Assembly: GCA_951406725.2 (NCBI GenBank)
Contig: OX597825.1
Span: 44,144,001 to 44,208,000 of the forward strand
Source: Octopus vulgaris
Lineage: Eukaryota
Direction of reading: 5' to 3'
Length of the DNA stretch: 64,000 bases
This document shows, in pieces, positions 40,705-53,175 of the stretch. Under the pieces are notes generated by a model, which was given only the letters and a program-made list of their open reading frames with translations, ran no database searches and was not told the origin of the DNA. Numbering within the stretch: the first letter of the stretch is position 1; every line of letters begins with the position of its first letter. Position numbers and translations under genes: made by a program.

Positions 40705-43564
40705 GCACACAGACACACACACATACAGACATAAATACGTATATATACATCCATTCAATATACCTCGAGAAACTGATACCTAGTTTAATAGTTGGAGGGA
40801 GCAGATCTTTTGATGTAATATAGAGTTATGCTCGAAACGTCAAAAACTCTCTCTTTACTAAGCGCCAAACTAAAACATTCCTTGTGCACGTCCTCTTATC
40901 TGTTATTGTTAATTTTATTGTTCGATTATTTTAATTAACTATATATATATACATACTTACATATACAGGTAGAAATTCAAAGTTTAGGTCACTTGTATTT
41001 GCGCATGCACCTAAACTGTAATCCGATAATGGACACTTCGCCCTGGCTGTGCATGCGTTACCGGAAGTCCATTAGAAACTTGTATTTTTAAAAATTATAT
41101 TGGAAATACATGTGAGTGTGTGTGTGTGCTTGGCATCTGGTCTTTCACCAAACATTTGCCAGTTGAGGTTAATTTTATTTCATAAATTTGAATATGATGT
41201 GCCAAACAGCAAACAGATAAGAACTGTGTAATTTTATTGTATTAGGCAATAGTTTCTTTAAAGTTTGCTTCTATGAACATACACATTGACGGGAAAAAAT
41301 CCGCACATCTTTACAGGCAGTATTAGTTTTCTTCAAGAAACAGCATAGTCAACTGTCGATTACTCAGCACAATTTTCAGTTCAAATGCAAGCTATAAAAG
41401 TGAAATTATCGAAATTTTTTCCAGATATCTACAGATAAAACTAACAATGTGAGAAGTTATGCTGTCATAGATAGATCTAGAAGTATATACTTTGTAATTA
41501 TGTGCAGGCTGATTGAAATAGCATTATATATATTATTTTTCGTCGAATGCTCAGAAAACTTGAATACCTAGAATTTTTACTCTTGAGATTTTATACAAGT
41601 ATGCAAGTGTCATCATGTTTACATTTTTGTATAAATACGGATTTTTAATACATGCATATTTTTATGCATATATCGTTTTGAAAAATTTATCTCTGTTCTA
41701 AGTGTCTCTCCTTTCTTTTTGTTAAGTTTCCGTTACTTCATGGTAATAAGCAAGCGTTTTATTTGTTGTAAGCTTATTAAATACCACATTTAATGTTCCC
41801 TTTTAATATAATTGCCTGGAAATGGTGATGCCTCAGTTCCAAAATGTATGTATGTATGTATGTATGTATGTATGCATACGTATATATGTGTTTGTAGCGC
41901 GCGCGCATTTTTAATATATTATATTATAGGGAAATTACGTGTACTAAATAAATTAAGATGCATTCTTTCAAAATAGCCAATAAATATCCTTCTGTTATGA
42001 ATGTGAGAAATTTAGCAGTATGAATGTGTAGCTATGTTTTATACATGCCAGAGTTGTCGCTAATTTTAAAGCCAATGGATCTACTGGGATGAGTTGAAAA
42101 TTTGAATTGTTTCTATTTCATTGAACCCATTGCTAACCTATCTCTCTACGAAGAAATATTTTCTTTATATCCGCAGAATATTTAATCCTATTACTGTAGC
42201 CCGTTTCTGAATTTAATGATTACCATCTGAGTTTGAGAGTTCAATGCTTCGCGTGTATAGATGTTATGCATAAAGAGATAGCATGTTAGATTGATCTCAG
42301 TTGATTTCAATGGTTTTGATAGTATGGCAACTCCAGAATGCTTAAAAAACAGTGATGTTCTCAGTGATCACTATATACCATATCTGTTTAATTTTACAAC
42401 ACTTTTAAAGCATAGACTTATGGAAATGATATATATAGAATATCTATATTTCATTTAATATATTTGCCATAGATTATTTTCCACATATCTTGTTCAATTT
42501 ATTATTTTTTATATGCTTTTATATTATTGCTATGGAATTTAATTTTGTTTGCTTAAATTGTTGCTCCCAAGTTGCTTTCGCTATGTCTACGAATTATTTC
42601 TTTCATCCCTCACGTACAAACAAAAACATACATAGTTACACGTGGAAACAGCATCAAAAACACTGACGCAAGAACACGAACGCACGCAGAACTGACAGGT
42701 CTCGTAATTTTGCCCAGTTTTGGACTCCTCAGTTGTAGACATCCGGTAGCAACATAAAGGCCGAATATCACTGAACGATATATAGAATTTCAGTGTCGTT
42801 TCAGGCACTGATGTCGCAAGTTCCGGCAGCGGTAGCAGACGATTCTCGTCTGTCAATGCTATAAATACGAATGCTTTTATGCACCGCTAATGCATATGAA
42901 AGGTTCTTTCAAGATAAATATCACGATATTCTGTGTTTAAACAAAATATCCTCGTTAATGTGAACATAAAGATTGCCTTTTGGTATTAATTATGCTTCTG
43001 TGGCTATTTATAATACATTAATAGATTCTTCGGTGATAAATAGAAAAGGCTATAAGGGTAGACACAAATTCTAGAGTCTACTTCATTCATGCTACTTTGT
43101 TATTGTCTAGAGATATGTGAACACACACATGTAGACATATGCACGTACGCACATGTTTTTCTTTTAATGAATTCTCTTTATATGTTTCTTTTTACATCAG
43201 TAGCTTCTTTCCTTTCATATCCAATAATTATAAGTACATTTACAGCCTACGTACCTCAATAAACTTTATATAGACATATCGAATGTCACGTGTAAACACT
43301 ATTTTAGCAATAAATAGTTGAAAAAGGTTGTTTCTTTCTTATATCTTTGTAGTTATATTGAAATGGCTTTTCTCTATATCCGATTTTTCTATAACAAATA
43401 AATAGTGTTCCTTTGCGCGTTTTATGGAATTTTCCTTTACACACAGTCTGAAAATTTTTGTTCGAATCTCTCTCACATATATTTTTGTCTACATTTGTGT
43501 TTGACTGAAATTATGAAATTGCTCATTTTCTAAAATCCGGCACATATCTATTACAGTTAATAGA

Positions 43565-45249
43565 TACACCAGGTATAGAAGGGTGTACAGAAAAGATGAG
43601 TGGCAGTGGTTGAATGATTAGTGAAGCTTATGAATGTTTGTTATATGGATGGAAGAGTACCAAAGGACTGGTGCAGTACCTGTATAGTGCCACTGTACAA
43701 GGGAAAAGGGGATAAATGTGAGTGTGAAAATTTTAGGGAAATAGGTCTGTTGTGTGTGGTTAGTAAACTGTATGGGAGAATTCTGATGAGGAACCAGACA
43801 GAGAATGTACTAGGGGAGGTGCAGCGCGGTTTTAGGAGTGGAAGTGGGTGTGCAGATCAGATCTTTGTCGTAAGGCATATGTGTGGGCAGTTTTTGGCAA
43901 AAGGGAGGGATGCATATTAGGCCTTTATGGACCTAGAAAAGGCATATGGCCGCGTGGCAGGTGTTGCGGTTGTATGGAGTAGATGGTAGATTGTTGACAG
44001 CTGTACAGAGTCTCTATAGAGAAAGTAGGGCGTGTGTTAGGGTGGGATTGAAGTAAGTGAGTAGTTTAATGTACCGGTGGGGTTACGACAGGGTTGTATG
44101 ATGTCTCCGTAGCTGTTTAATCTATATATTGATGGTGTGGTGAGATAGGTGAATGCTAGAACCTTTGGTAGGGGAACCCAAATGGTGGGAGAAAATGGAG
44201 AGAAACGACAGGTGAGTCAGTTGTTGTTTGCTGATGATACAGCACTGGTGGCGGAGTCGGAAGAGCAACAGAGGAGACTGGTGATAGAGCTTGGAAGAGG
44301 GTGTGAGAAGAGGAAACTGAAAGTGAATGTAGCTAAGAGTAAGGTGATGAAATGTTCGAGAGATGGAATGGCTGGTAGGATGAATGTGAGTATAAATGGT
44401 TAGACGTTAGAGGATGGGCTGAAGAGGTGAGATATAGAGTGAGGGAGGAAAGTAAGATATTTGGAGTTGTGAAAGGTATGTTGAGAGATGAAAGGTTGAG
44501 TATGAAAGCGAAAAGAGGTGTGTATGAGGGCGTGATTGTGCCGACAATGTTATATGATATAGAGATGAAGGGTCTGAGAGAGGCAAAAAAGAGTCGACTA
44601 GATGTGTTTGAGATGAGATGTTTGAGGGCTATGATGGACAGGATGAGGAATGAGAAGGTGCGAAGGCAAGGAGGGGGTGAGAGAAATAAACGTGATAACT
44701 GCCTGCTTGATGGTACTGTCTTGGTGGAATCTGTAATTTACTGCAATGAACTTGAGCAAATACTTTGCAACGAAGACTTACATTCAACAGGATAATATCA
44801 AGATGTGAACCAGAATCGATGGACGAATTTTGCGGTGGTTTGACTACATGGAGAAGATGGATGAGGAGCGGACGGTAAGGAGGGTGATGAAGGCATAAAT
44901 GGTAGGGAGCAGAACCAGAAGCAGACCTCAGTTTGTATGGATGGATGGATGGAGTTAGGAAAGCTTTGGTGGTTAGAGGTGTTGGAGTGAGTGAGGCAAG
45001 TGAGTTTATTAATGATAGGAAAGCTTGGAAAGTTTGTGGACGTTGTTCAAAGGGGTGCGGAACTAGCATGACGCGGCAGGGTAAACCAGCATGTGCTGCC
45101 AGGCCCGCTGCTGATATCGGGGATTGCTTTCTATGCCTTCACCCGAGCATAGGACAGGAATTTGAGCTTGGAAATGAATGGAATGCCTTGTGTGTGTCTT
45201 GTTGCTACCCTTTCCTATGGGGAATTTAGGCCTTGCGAGATAAAAAAAA
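43565..45249 (+). mobile_element. 5'-truncated degenerate RTE-clade LINE (RT and 3'UTR, A-rich tail)
   Basis: VPKDW..IVPLYKGKGDK.ECENFREIGLL (43621-43920), AFMDLEKAY, GLRQGCMMSP, LLFADDTAL, LKVNVAKSKVM, LDVFEMRCLR. Confidence 0.92.
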
Positions 45250-45773
45250 TCTATTACAGTGCTAAACGTGATAACTGCCTGCTTGATGGTACTGTCTTGG
45301 TGGAATCTGTAATTTACTGTAATGAACTTGAGCAAATACTTTGCACCGAAGACTTACATTCAACAGGATAATATCAAGATGTGAACCTACTAGTACACGC
45401 ATTAGTTTCTTAAACCTCAAAGACAGTTTACGACCACTTTATCGAAGTGCATTTGGCTTCTATGAGAAATGACTATCCAACCACACCCACATTATTGCTT
45501 GGTTCAACTTGAATCACACGCTATCAACATGGAAGGTTTACGGCTAAATTCCATTGCCATTTATGGAGCCCATCACTCTCCATGTCTAGTTTCGCCGATA
45601 TGTATATGTGCGTGAGAGAGAAAGAGAGAGAACATGGAGAGAAGCAAGGAGAAAGGAAAAGAGGTCGAGAAATACAGGCAAACACATGTATGTATGTATG
45701 TATGTATGTATGTATGTATGCATATATGTATACATGTACGTATGTATGTATGTATATATGTATGTATCTATCT

Positions 45774-45808
<35 letters not shown>

Positions 45809-45824
45809 TATATATATATATGTA

Positions 45825-46547
45825 TATATAAATATATGTATATGTAAAAAAATACAAACTGAGACAAGAACGCAAAACATTTAGAAGACGATACAAAAAA
45901 CACGGACAGGACATTCGAAGCCTTCAATCTTCAGTCAAGAACCGAATCATCCTCGCAATTTCGGCTGATTAATCTTGAGATCGCTCCGATCCGGCCAGCC
46001 CCAAGGAAAAACTAAGCTACGAGTATTAGATTTCTTGGAAAAAGGATCGAATGTATACGAAACAGGGACAGAAAAACGGACGATGCTACACGAATATAAA
46101 TACAAAAAGCAATAATAGTAATAACAGGACAAAAACAGCGGGTGTCTTACGACGATAGACAGTACAACTTAATTTAGCTGGCGTATTTGGAAAAAAATGC
46201 CTTTATCGGCAGACGAAGACAACGATGTTCTCGCGGCAGTGGTCGGAAGCCAAAAAGCTGGTTGACCAGCGGTCACGTGAGAGGAGAAGAGAGAGAAAAA
46301 GAAGGGGGCAAAGGAATCAAAGAGAGAGAGAGAGAAAAAGAGGGACAAAGGCACCAAAGAGGAGAGAAAAGAGAGAAAGAAGGAATTAAAGAGGGGAGAA
46401 GAAAGAGAGCGTGCCAAGGATTGGCTTGGCGACAGAATCAGTGAGGTGCAAAGTGAGAAAGACAGAGAAATGTGAGAGAGTGGGGGAAGAGGAGACCAAG
46501 GAATCAGAGGCAAGAAAAGAGAAAAGGAGAGGGAGGAGAAGAGAGAG

Positions 46548-46595
<48 letters not shown>

Positions 46596-46855
46596 CAGAT
46601 GAAAATGGAGTGCAAAGTGTGAAAGGCAGAGAAATGTAGGCGGGGGTGGGTGGAGAGACAGACAGTGTTATAGAGTCGTACCAAATTTTAAGAAATATGT
46701 ACTTACATATCAGGCCAAAAGGGTACGGGCGCCGCTATATATAAATATATGTATATGTAAAAAAATACAAACTGGGATAAGAACGCAAAACATTTAGAAG
46801 ACGATACAAAAAACACGGACAGGACATTCCAAGCCTTCAATCTTCAGTCAAGAAC
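45825..46855 (-). mobile_element. Non-coding element bounded by about 118-bp direct repeats (Penelope-like pseudo-LTR layout)
   Basis: AAAATACAAACTG..CAGGACATTC.AAGCCTTCAATCTTCAGTCAAGAAC at 45825-45941 and 46737-46855; purine-rich interior; embedded in (TA)n. Strand is inferred. Confidence 0.6.
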
Positions 46856-46878
46856 ATATATATACATATATATGCATA

Positions 46879-47021
<143 letters not shown>

Positions 47022-47024
47022 CAG

Positions 47025-47254
47025 TGGGTTGGTGTATTATTATTGCGGCTTTTTTCAACAAAAACAATAACAACATGTAACAAAAACACCTTTAAATGAT
47101 TATTCTGGAGCATATTCATCATCTACTTTAATTACTGCTTCCCATTTGCTTGGCAGATGGTCAGGCCGTCATTTAAAGATGTTTTTGTTAAATATTGTTA
47201 TTGTTTTTGTTGAATAAGATTTGGTGAAAAAACCCGCAATAATTATGCCCCAAC

Positions 47255-47258
<4 letters not shown>
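47025..47258. mobile_element. Mariner-derived MITE in (TA)n
   Basis: About 75-bp TIRs (TGGGTTGG..ATTATTGCGG / CCGCAATAATTATGCCCCAACCCAA|TA); interior minus strand reads [16 protein letters not shown] (mariner C-terminus). Confidence 0.85.
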
Positions 47259-47336
<78 letters not shown>

Positions 47337-47765
47337 TAGGTAGGTAGGTAGGTTGGTTGGTTGGTAGGTAGGTAGGTAGGTAGGTAGGTAGGTAGGTAGG
47401 TAGGCAGGCAGGCAGGTAAGAAGGTAGGTTGGTCGGTTGGCCGGTTGGTTCCATGCAGTAGGCGGGTTGGTATGTAAGTAGGTAAAAAGCGATAGATGAA
47501 TGAAGAATTATATCAGCCGATTCGTGGAAATTTGTCTATATTAATACATCGATTGCTTTACACATAGAATCCGACATCATGTTTTGTTTTCCATGGAATT
47601 TTTCTCACGATAATTTTCTTTTAGCTTTTTATAGACATGGCTAAATGTACCAATGCAACAACGTTCTTTTTGAAACCACCTTAAACTCAACGCATTTTCA
47701 GCAATTTTTACTTGTACCTTTATACATATATACATATGTATGTGTTTGTGTGTTATTGTGTGTGC

Positions 47766-47812
<47 letters not shown>

Positions 47813-47816
47813 TAAG

Positions 47817-48121
47817 AGGACGCTTGGCCTAGTGATCACGGGATTAGAATGATGCATTCACGATCGCCGCGAAATCGCGGTTTCAATTCCTAGACCGGGT
47901 GATGCGTTGTGTTCTTGAGCAGAAAATACTTCATCTCACGTTGCTCCGCGATCACGTCGACACTTGGCGTGTGGTACACTGTGCATCTGTTCAGGCAATA
48001 TCCATTTTATGGCGTGAGTGAGCTAATGTACATACATTTGGTCACTATAAACAAATCATTAGTGCAGGTCGGTCGGTCGGAAAAAGCTGAATGCTCATAC
48101 GTCACCTTCGACGGAGAGTCC

Positions 48122-48123
<2 letters not shown>
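47817..48123 (+). mobile_element. tRNA-derived SINE with CORE-like domain (family C)
   Basis: A box TGGCCTAGTG, B box GGTTTCAATTCC, CORE-like TTGTGTTCTTGAGCAGAAAATACTT; ends at (TA)n. Confidence 0.7.
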
Positions 48124-48159
<36 letters not shown>

Positions 48160-48419
48160 TCAATAAATGATATGTATGTATGTATATATGTATGTATCTA
48201 TGTATGTATGTATATCTATATATATGTGTGTGTGTGTGTACTTATGCGTGCTAGTAGAACACTGATGAGCTTTTCTCCTCTTTGAGCTCCCACAAGTATA
48301 CACACACATTCACATACACAAAGGCATATAAATGCATAAGTGAGCATATATTTAATGCCTATATTCATATGTGTGCGCGTATGCATGTATCTGTGACTTT
48401 AATAAGTTAGCCAAAGGTG

Positions 48420-49100
48420 AAGTCAGGTAGAATGACCAACGTAAGTCCTCCCTTTTTCGCGAAATTAATAGTCAAACGTTCAGTTTGATTATGTCTCGGT
48501 GAATGTTTGAAAGAAGACCATAGGTGGAGAGGGATTTCAAGAAGAATATAGTTCGGGGCGACGAGGGAGGATTGGTTGAAGTTGTGGGGTATGGGAAGTA
48601 AGGAATATTAGTGGTGAGACAAATGGATTCAGGAGAACGCTAAAGTAAAAAAGATGATATATGCAGTTGCATTTATTGCAGTGATAGAAGCAAAGAAAGG
48701 AAACTACTTGAATTTGCTTTAGTGATTGTAGTATGATGGTGATTAGATCATTACCAAATAGGTGAATAGCTTAAGTGTAAGATATCTGTGAATACAGCAG
48801 CAATAACAACCTAGGTATGAGGGCAGCACAGATCTACGTCAAATTTGATATTTGTTGGGGATTAGTAACATATCGGGGATGAAATTTTTCCTTCCTCTGA
48901 AGAAGAATCTTCATATTTGTGAAACTTCCATGGCGATATTATATAGGTGAGAGATCATCCTTATATATAAGAGATAGTTTAGCATACATATTAATTTTGA
49001 AGGTGTTAGTTGTGTGTTGCTCATGGCTATAGGGGACGTGGTACAGGTATATATTTCGATATATGTAGTTATGAAGTATTTGAAGCATGATCTCCAATTA
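48420..49100 (-). mobile_element. Degenerate CR1/L2/Jockey-group LINE 3' remnant
   Basis: RKNFIPDMLLIPNKYQI resembles the post-RT LLxLYKxQIRP motif; many stops. Confidence 0.4.
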
Positions 49101-49706
49101 ATTCATATTTCATAAAATTAATATAGTCTGGTTTCAGGCATTTAGATTGTGTGTGAGGATGACATCATCACAGAAACTTTAAAGAGGCGAAGCATAATTG
49201 TTATGTATGTATGTATGTATGTATGTATGTACGTAACATCACCGAATAGTTATGAAATTCGCTTTGTAATTATCAGGCACCAGATTGGAGTTGGTCCAAA
49301 ATTTGTCAATGGACTAGATAGACAGAAACTGTGTTAAAGCCCATCGGATGGATTATACCAGTAATTCAAGGGTCTCCTTCTGCTACATACAAAGCAAGAT
49401 AATCCTCTACATGAGGATTACGTTCAGTGAATATGTGTCCTTGGAATGCTAAAACGCTCTCCCGTTAATACAATGTGAAGGTTATTCAGTTGATCGAACA
49501 AATGAATACTTGTTGATGAGGCCAATGAAGAGCCATTTACTTATATTTTATTCATATGGGTGAGAGTGTGTATGTGTGCGTGCTTGTGTGTGTATATATT
49601 TGTATGAGTGTATCCTTGATATAGCGGCAGGAAACGTAGTTATGAAAGAATGAAACTTAAATTTAAATTGATTGAACATGCATACACACACGCAGAAAGT
49701 GAGAGT

Positions 49707-49766
<60 letters not shown>

Positions 49767-50528
49767 GACAGACAGAGACAGACAGACAGGCAGACGGAGA
49801 GAGGGAGAGAAGGAGAGAGAGAGGGGTGAAGCAGAAAAAGACAAATAGACACACAAATGAAGAGACAGAACGGACACAGTATTGTCCACCATGAGCCCGG
49901 CTTGATGATTTTCCTACACACTAAATCAATATAAAGAATTTTTTTTCTGAGAGAAAATGCTGTAGCAAATGCCTTTCACATTATAGAGTGCGGAATCGTG
50001 TTAAAAATAATGTACATATCCTTGTTTTGACCTTCACTGCTCTGTGTTTGTGTGCTAAATTAATTCCAGTTAGGCAAGCTTCAACAGACAGCGGCAAATA
50101 ATTTGCTGTCTTCCTCTTAGTTGTAAATGACTGAGGCGATATCTATTACCGAAGAGGTGAAATCATGCCTTAAATCCGTGTTGGTGGTCTGCTAGGGTTA
50201 CTTTGAGCTCGGCCTGATGAGTTTTCACACAAAGTCTAAAGAGGAAGTTTTCTCCGAGACAAAATTCCATAGCCTTTGATGTCATACAGGAGTGTGTAAA
50301 AAATACATATTCTCATCTTCATTCTTTATGCTATTGAACTAAAAAAGATAGTGATTTGTCAATCAAAATCCCTTGTAGGAATTTCATTGTCTTTATAAAT
50401 TGGAACGTTCATTCCATGACCAAATTGTATATAATGGACAGGAGTGTGATAGATAGAAAGTGACTGATGCAGAAAATAAGAGAAAGAGAGAGAGAGAGGA
50501 TAGGGAGAAAGAGAAAGAGAACCAGAGA

Positions 50529-50559
<31 letters not shown>

Positions 50560-51289
50560 GGATCTAAAGAGAGCTGATATATTATCCTCTTAACTATAGG
50601 AAATATTTGCAAAAAATAGCATTTTTCAAATTCACCTTCAAACACGTAAACATAGAGTGATCAAGTCTGTTCCCATCTTCATTTACAATCTACTGAACTC
50701 AGTCCTAGAAATACTGATACTTCACTAATAGCAACCAATTTCCAAGGTATAATATTCCAAAGCACCAATCTATTTTGTAGTTTAAGCAATGGGAATAGTT
50801 TTCATAAGCATTCCTGTCTAAGAAGGTATCATATATTTTGACATGTAGTAGATCATGGTAAGATCGTTTATCAGATGGATTTCTTCGTAAGTTTTAGTAA
50901 TTGTTCATAAATGGATTTGGGTGTCGATTTTCTATTTCTTTAGCAAAAGCCAAAGAACTGTTATCATTGTTAGAAGAATTCCAATATCGTTAATCTGTTT
51001 TGTTTACATAAGCAGATCTTGCCTAAATGCCTGTCATGTTCATTTCTTCATCATTTTAGTAGCTCGATCCTTTAGCTTTGTAAGACTCCACTTAGTCAAT
51101 TTTGCTTGAAATAATAGCCGACTACAAAATATCGGCATCCGTATATTCGCTTATATATTATGACTAAAAAGTTTGACCGAAGATGGAAATTACATAATGC
51201 ATAATTAAAGGCATTCTGTAATTTTCCTTGGAAAGATGTTGCTCAATCCATATCACAAGGTGTTTCATTTCAGAGATAAGAAAGTTATT

Positions 51290-52580
51290 GAATTACATTA
51301 TTTACATTCGACGGATATTTTTCCTCATCTTGCTTGTTAATACAACGTTTCAGCTGATATACCCTCCAATACCCTTGGGGAAATTTAGAACCTGGGTTCT
51401 CATTCCTAAGGTGTTTCTCGATGTTATTATTACTGTTGTTGCTATTATTATTATTATGATTGCTATTATTATTATTGTTGTTCAGGTCAATGCTTGGAAT
51501 CGAACTCGGAGCCCGGGCTCTTAACCACTACACGATATGCCTGTGGGCAATTATGGAGTGAATTTTGGGGCTTATATGTCTAATATTTCCTATCCTTCCT
51601 TAATACAGTTTCCTATATGCTGCTCATATCTGCACTCGGTCTACTTAGGTGGTTGTTGTGTCCTAGCACATGTGCTGCTACTTTTAGTTTTCGTATTTTC
51701 CAGTGGTGTTCTCTGTCTAATATTTTAAATTCCTCCCACAGAGGGAGGTGGTCTCCATTTCTCCATACATGATCAGCTATACCTGATTTATCAATATCTC
51801 CTCGTGTCACAGCTTTGTGATGTTCGTCTACTCTTATTTTGAGAGGGCAGCATGTTTCGCCTTTGTATAACCTACCACAGCTGCACGGGATGGAGTACAC
51901 GCAGTCTTTGGTCATATTCCCTTCTATTGGTGGTTTTACTCGAAGGAGATATTTGCGAAGTGTTGTATTACTCTTGAATACTATCCTGATATCATATGGG
52001 CCGCATATCTTTTGTATCTTTTCGGAGAGGCCTTTCACGGCACTGAGCAATCCCTCTCTTTACACTGTACGGATGATAGGAATTGAAGTTGAAGTATCGT
52101 CCAGTAAAGGTCGTCTTGCGGTATAGGGATATCCTGAATCCATACTTGGTTCGTGTTATTAATACGTCCAGGAATGTCAGCTGATTGTCTGTTTCCTTTT
52201 CCATTGTGAACTGTATGGATGGCTTTATTGAGTTCACAGGATCTGACAGCACTTAGACACCTTCCTGGTGGAGCCAGAGTGTAAAGGTGTTATCAACATA
52301 TCGTAGCCATAGTGTTGATTTTAGTGGTGTAGATCCTAAGGCCAAATTCTCAAAGTATTCCATGTATATATTGGCTATTACCGGTGATAATGGCGAACCC
52401 ATAGCTAAACCCTCCTCATGTCGATATATATCACTGTCCATACTGAAGTAGGTAGTTTCTACACAGAAGGTCAACATGTTATATCACGTTTCTTATTGGT
52501 ATACTAGTGCATTCTTTTAGATGGGTGTCTGTCACTAGTTTTTATTGTATCACCGATAGTGCTTCACCAGTTGGAATATA
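51290..52580 (-). mobile_element. Penelope-like element, 5'-truncated: RT, GIY-YIG endonuclease and 3' pseudo-LTR
   Basis: GLAMGSPLSPVIANIYME..WLRYVDNTF (52253-52477); IQFTMEKE..FLDVLI; CVYSIPCSCGRLYKGET..RVDEH..SGIADH (51613-52050). Confidence 0.92.
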
Positions 52581-52589
52581 TAGTATCGA

Positions 52590-52950
52590 GCTGACAGCGA
52601 GCTGGCAGAAACGTTAGCACGCCGGGCGAAATGCTTTGCGGTATTTCGACTGCTGTTACGTTCTGAGTTCAAATTCCGCCGAGGTCGACTTTGCCTTTCA
52701 TCCTTTCGGTGTCGATTAAAAAGTACCAGTTACGCACTGGGGTCGATATAATCAACTTAATCCGTTTGTCCGTCCTTGTTTGTCCCCTCTGTGTTTAGCC
52801 CCTTGTGGGTAGTAAAGAAATAGGTATTTCGTCTGTTGCTACGTTCTGAGTTCAAATTCCGCTCAGGTCGACTTTGCCTTTCACCCTTTCGGGGTCGATA
52901 CATTAAATACCAGTAATCGACTTGTCAGCTTCCCTAAAATTTCAGAAGGA
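52590..52950 (+). mobile_element. Family-A tRNA-derived SINE, dimeric form, with (ATT)n tail
   Basis: GCGAGCTGGCAGAAACGTTAGCAC head; two GAGTTCAAATTCC-plus-core modules. Confidence 0.9.
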
Positions 52951-52969
52951 TTATTATTATTATTATTAT

Positions 52970-53098
52970 GCAGTAGTTTTATTTTTATTTTTATAGCGTG
53001 CTTTCACTTCACTACCGAGCGCAGCTCTGTGTGCCTTGGGTATGTGCTGTGATTTGTTGTGATGCTCTGATGGTTATTGTATGGAAAGTGTTCTGCGT
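52970..53098 (-). mobile_element. Short R4/Dong family-1 3' end
   Basis: Near-identical to 15380-15508; tail-to-tail with the SINE's ATT tail. Confidence 0.85.
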
Positions 53099-53175
53099 AT
53101 TATTTTCCTTCCATATTTTATATGTATGTGTTGTTGTATTTTCATTTTTTGTATTATTATTATTATTATTATTAT

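Noticed and set aside
47817-47900. tRNA gene (likewise the heads at 51485-51541, 52600 and 63900)
   Set aside because: A and B boxes are present but there is no intact cloverleaf, and the sequence continues into repeat bodies.
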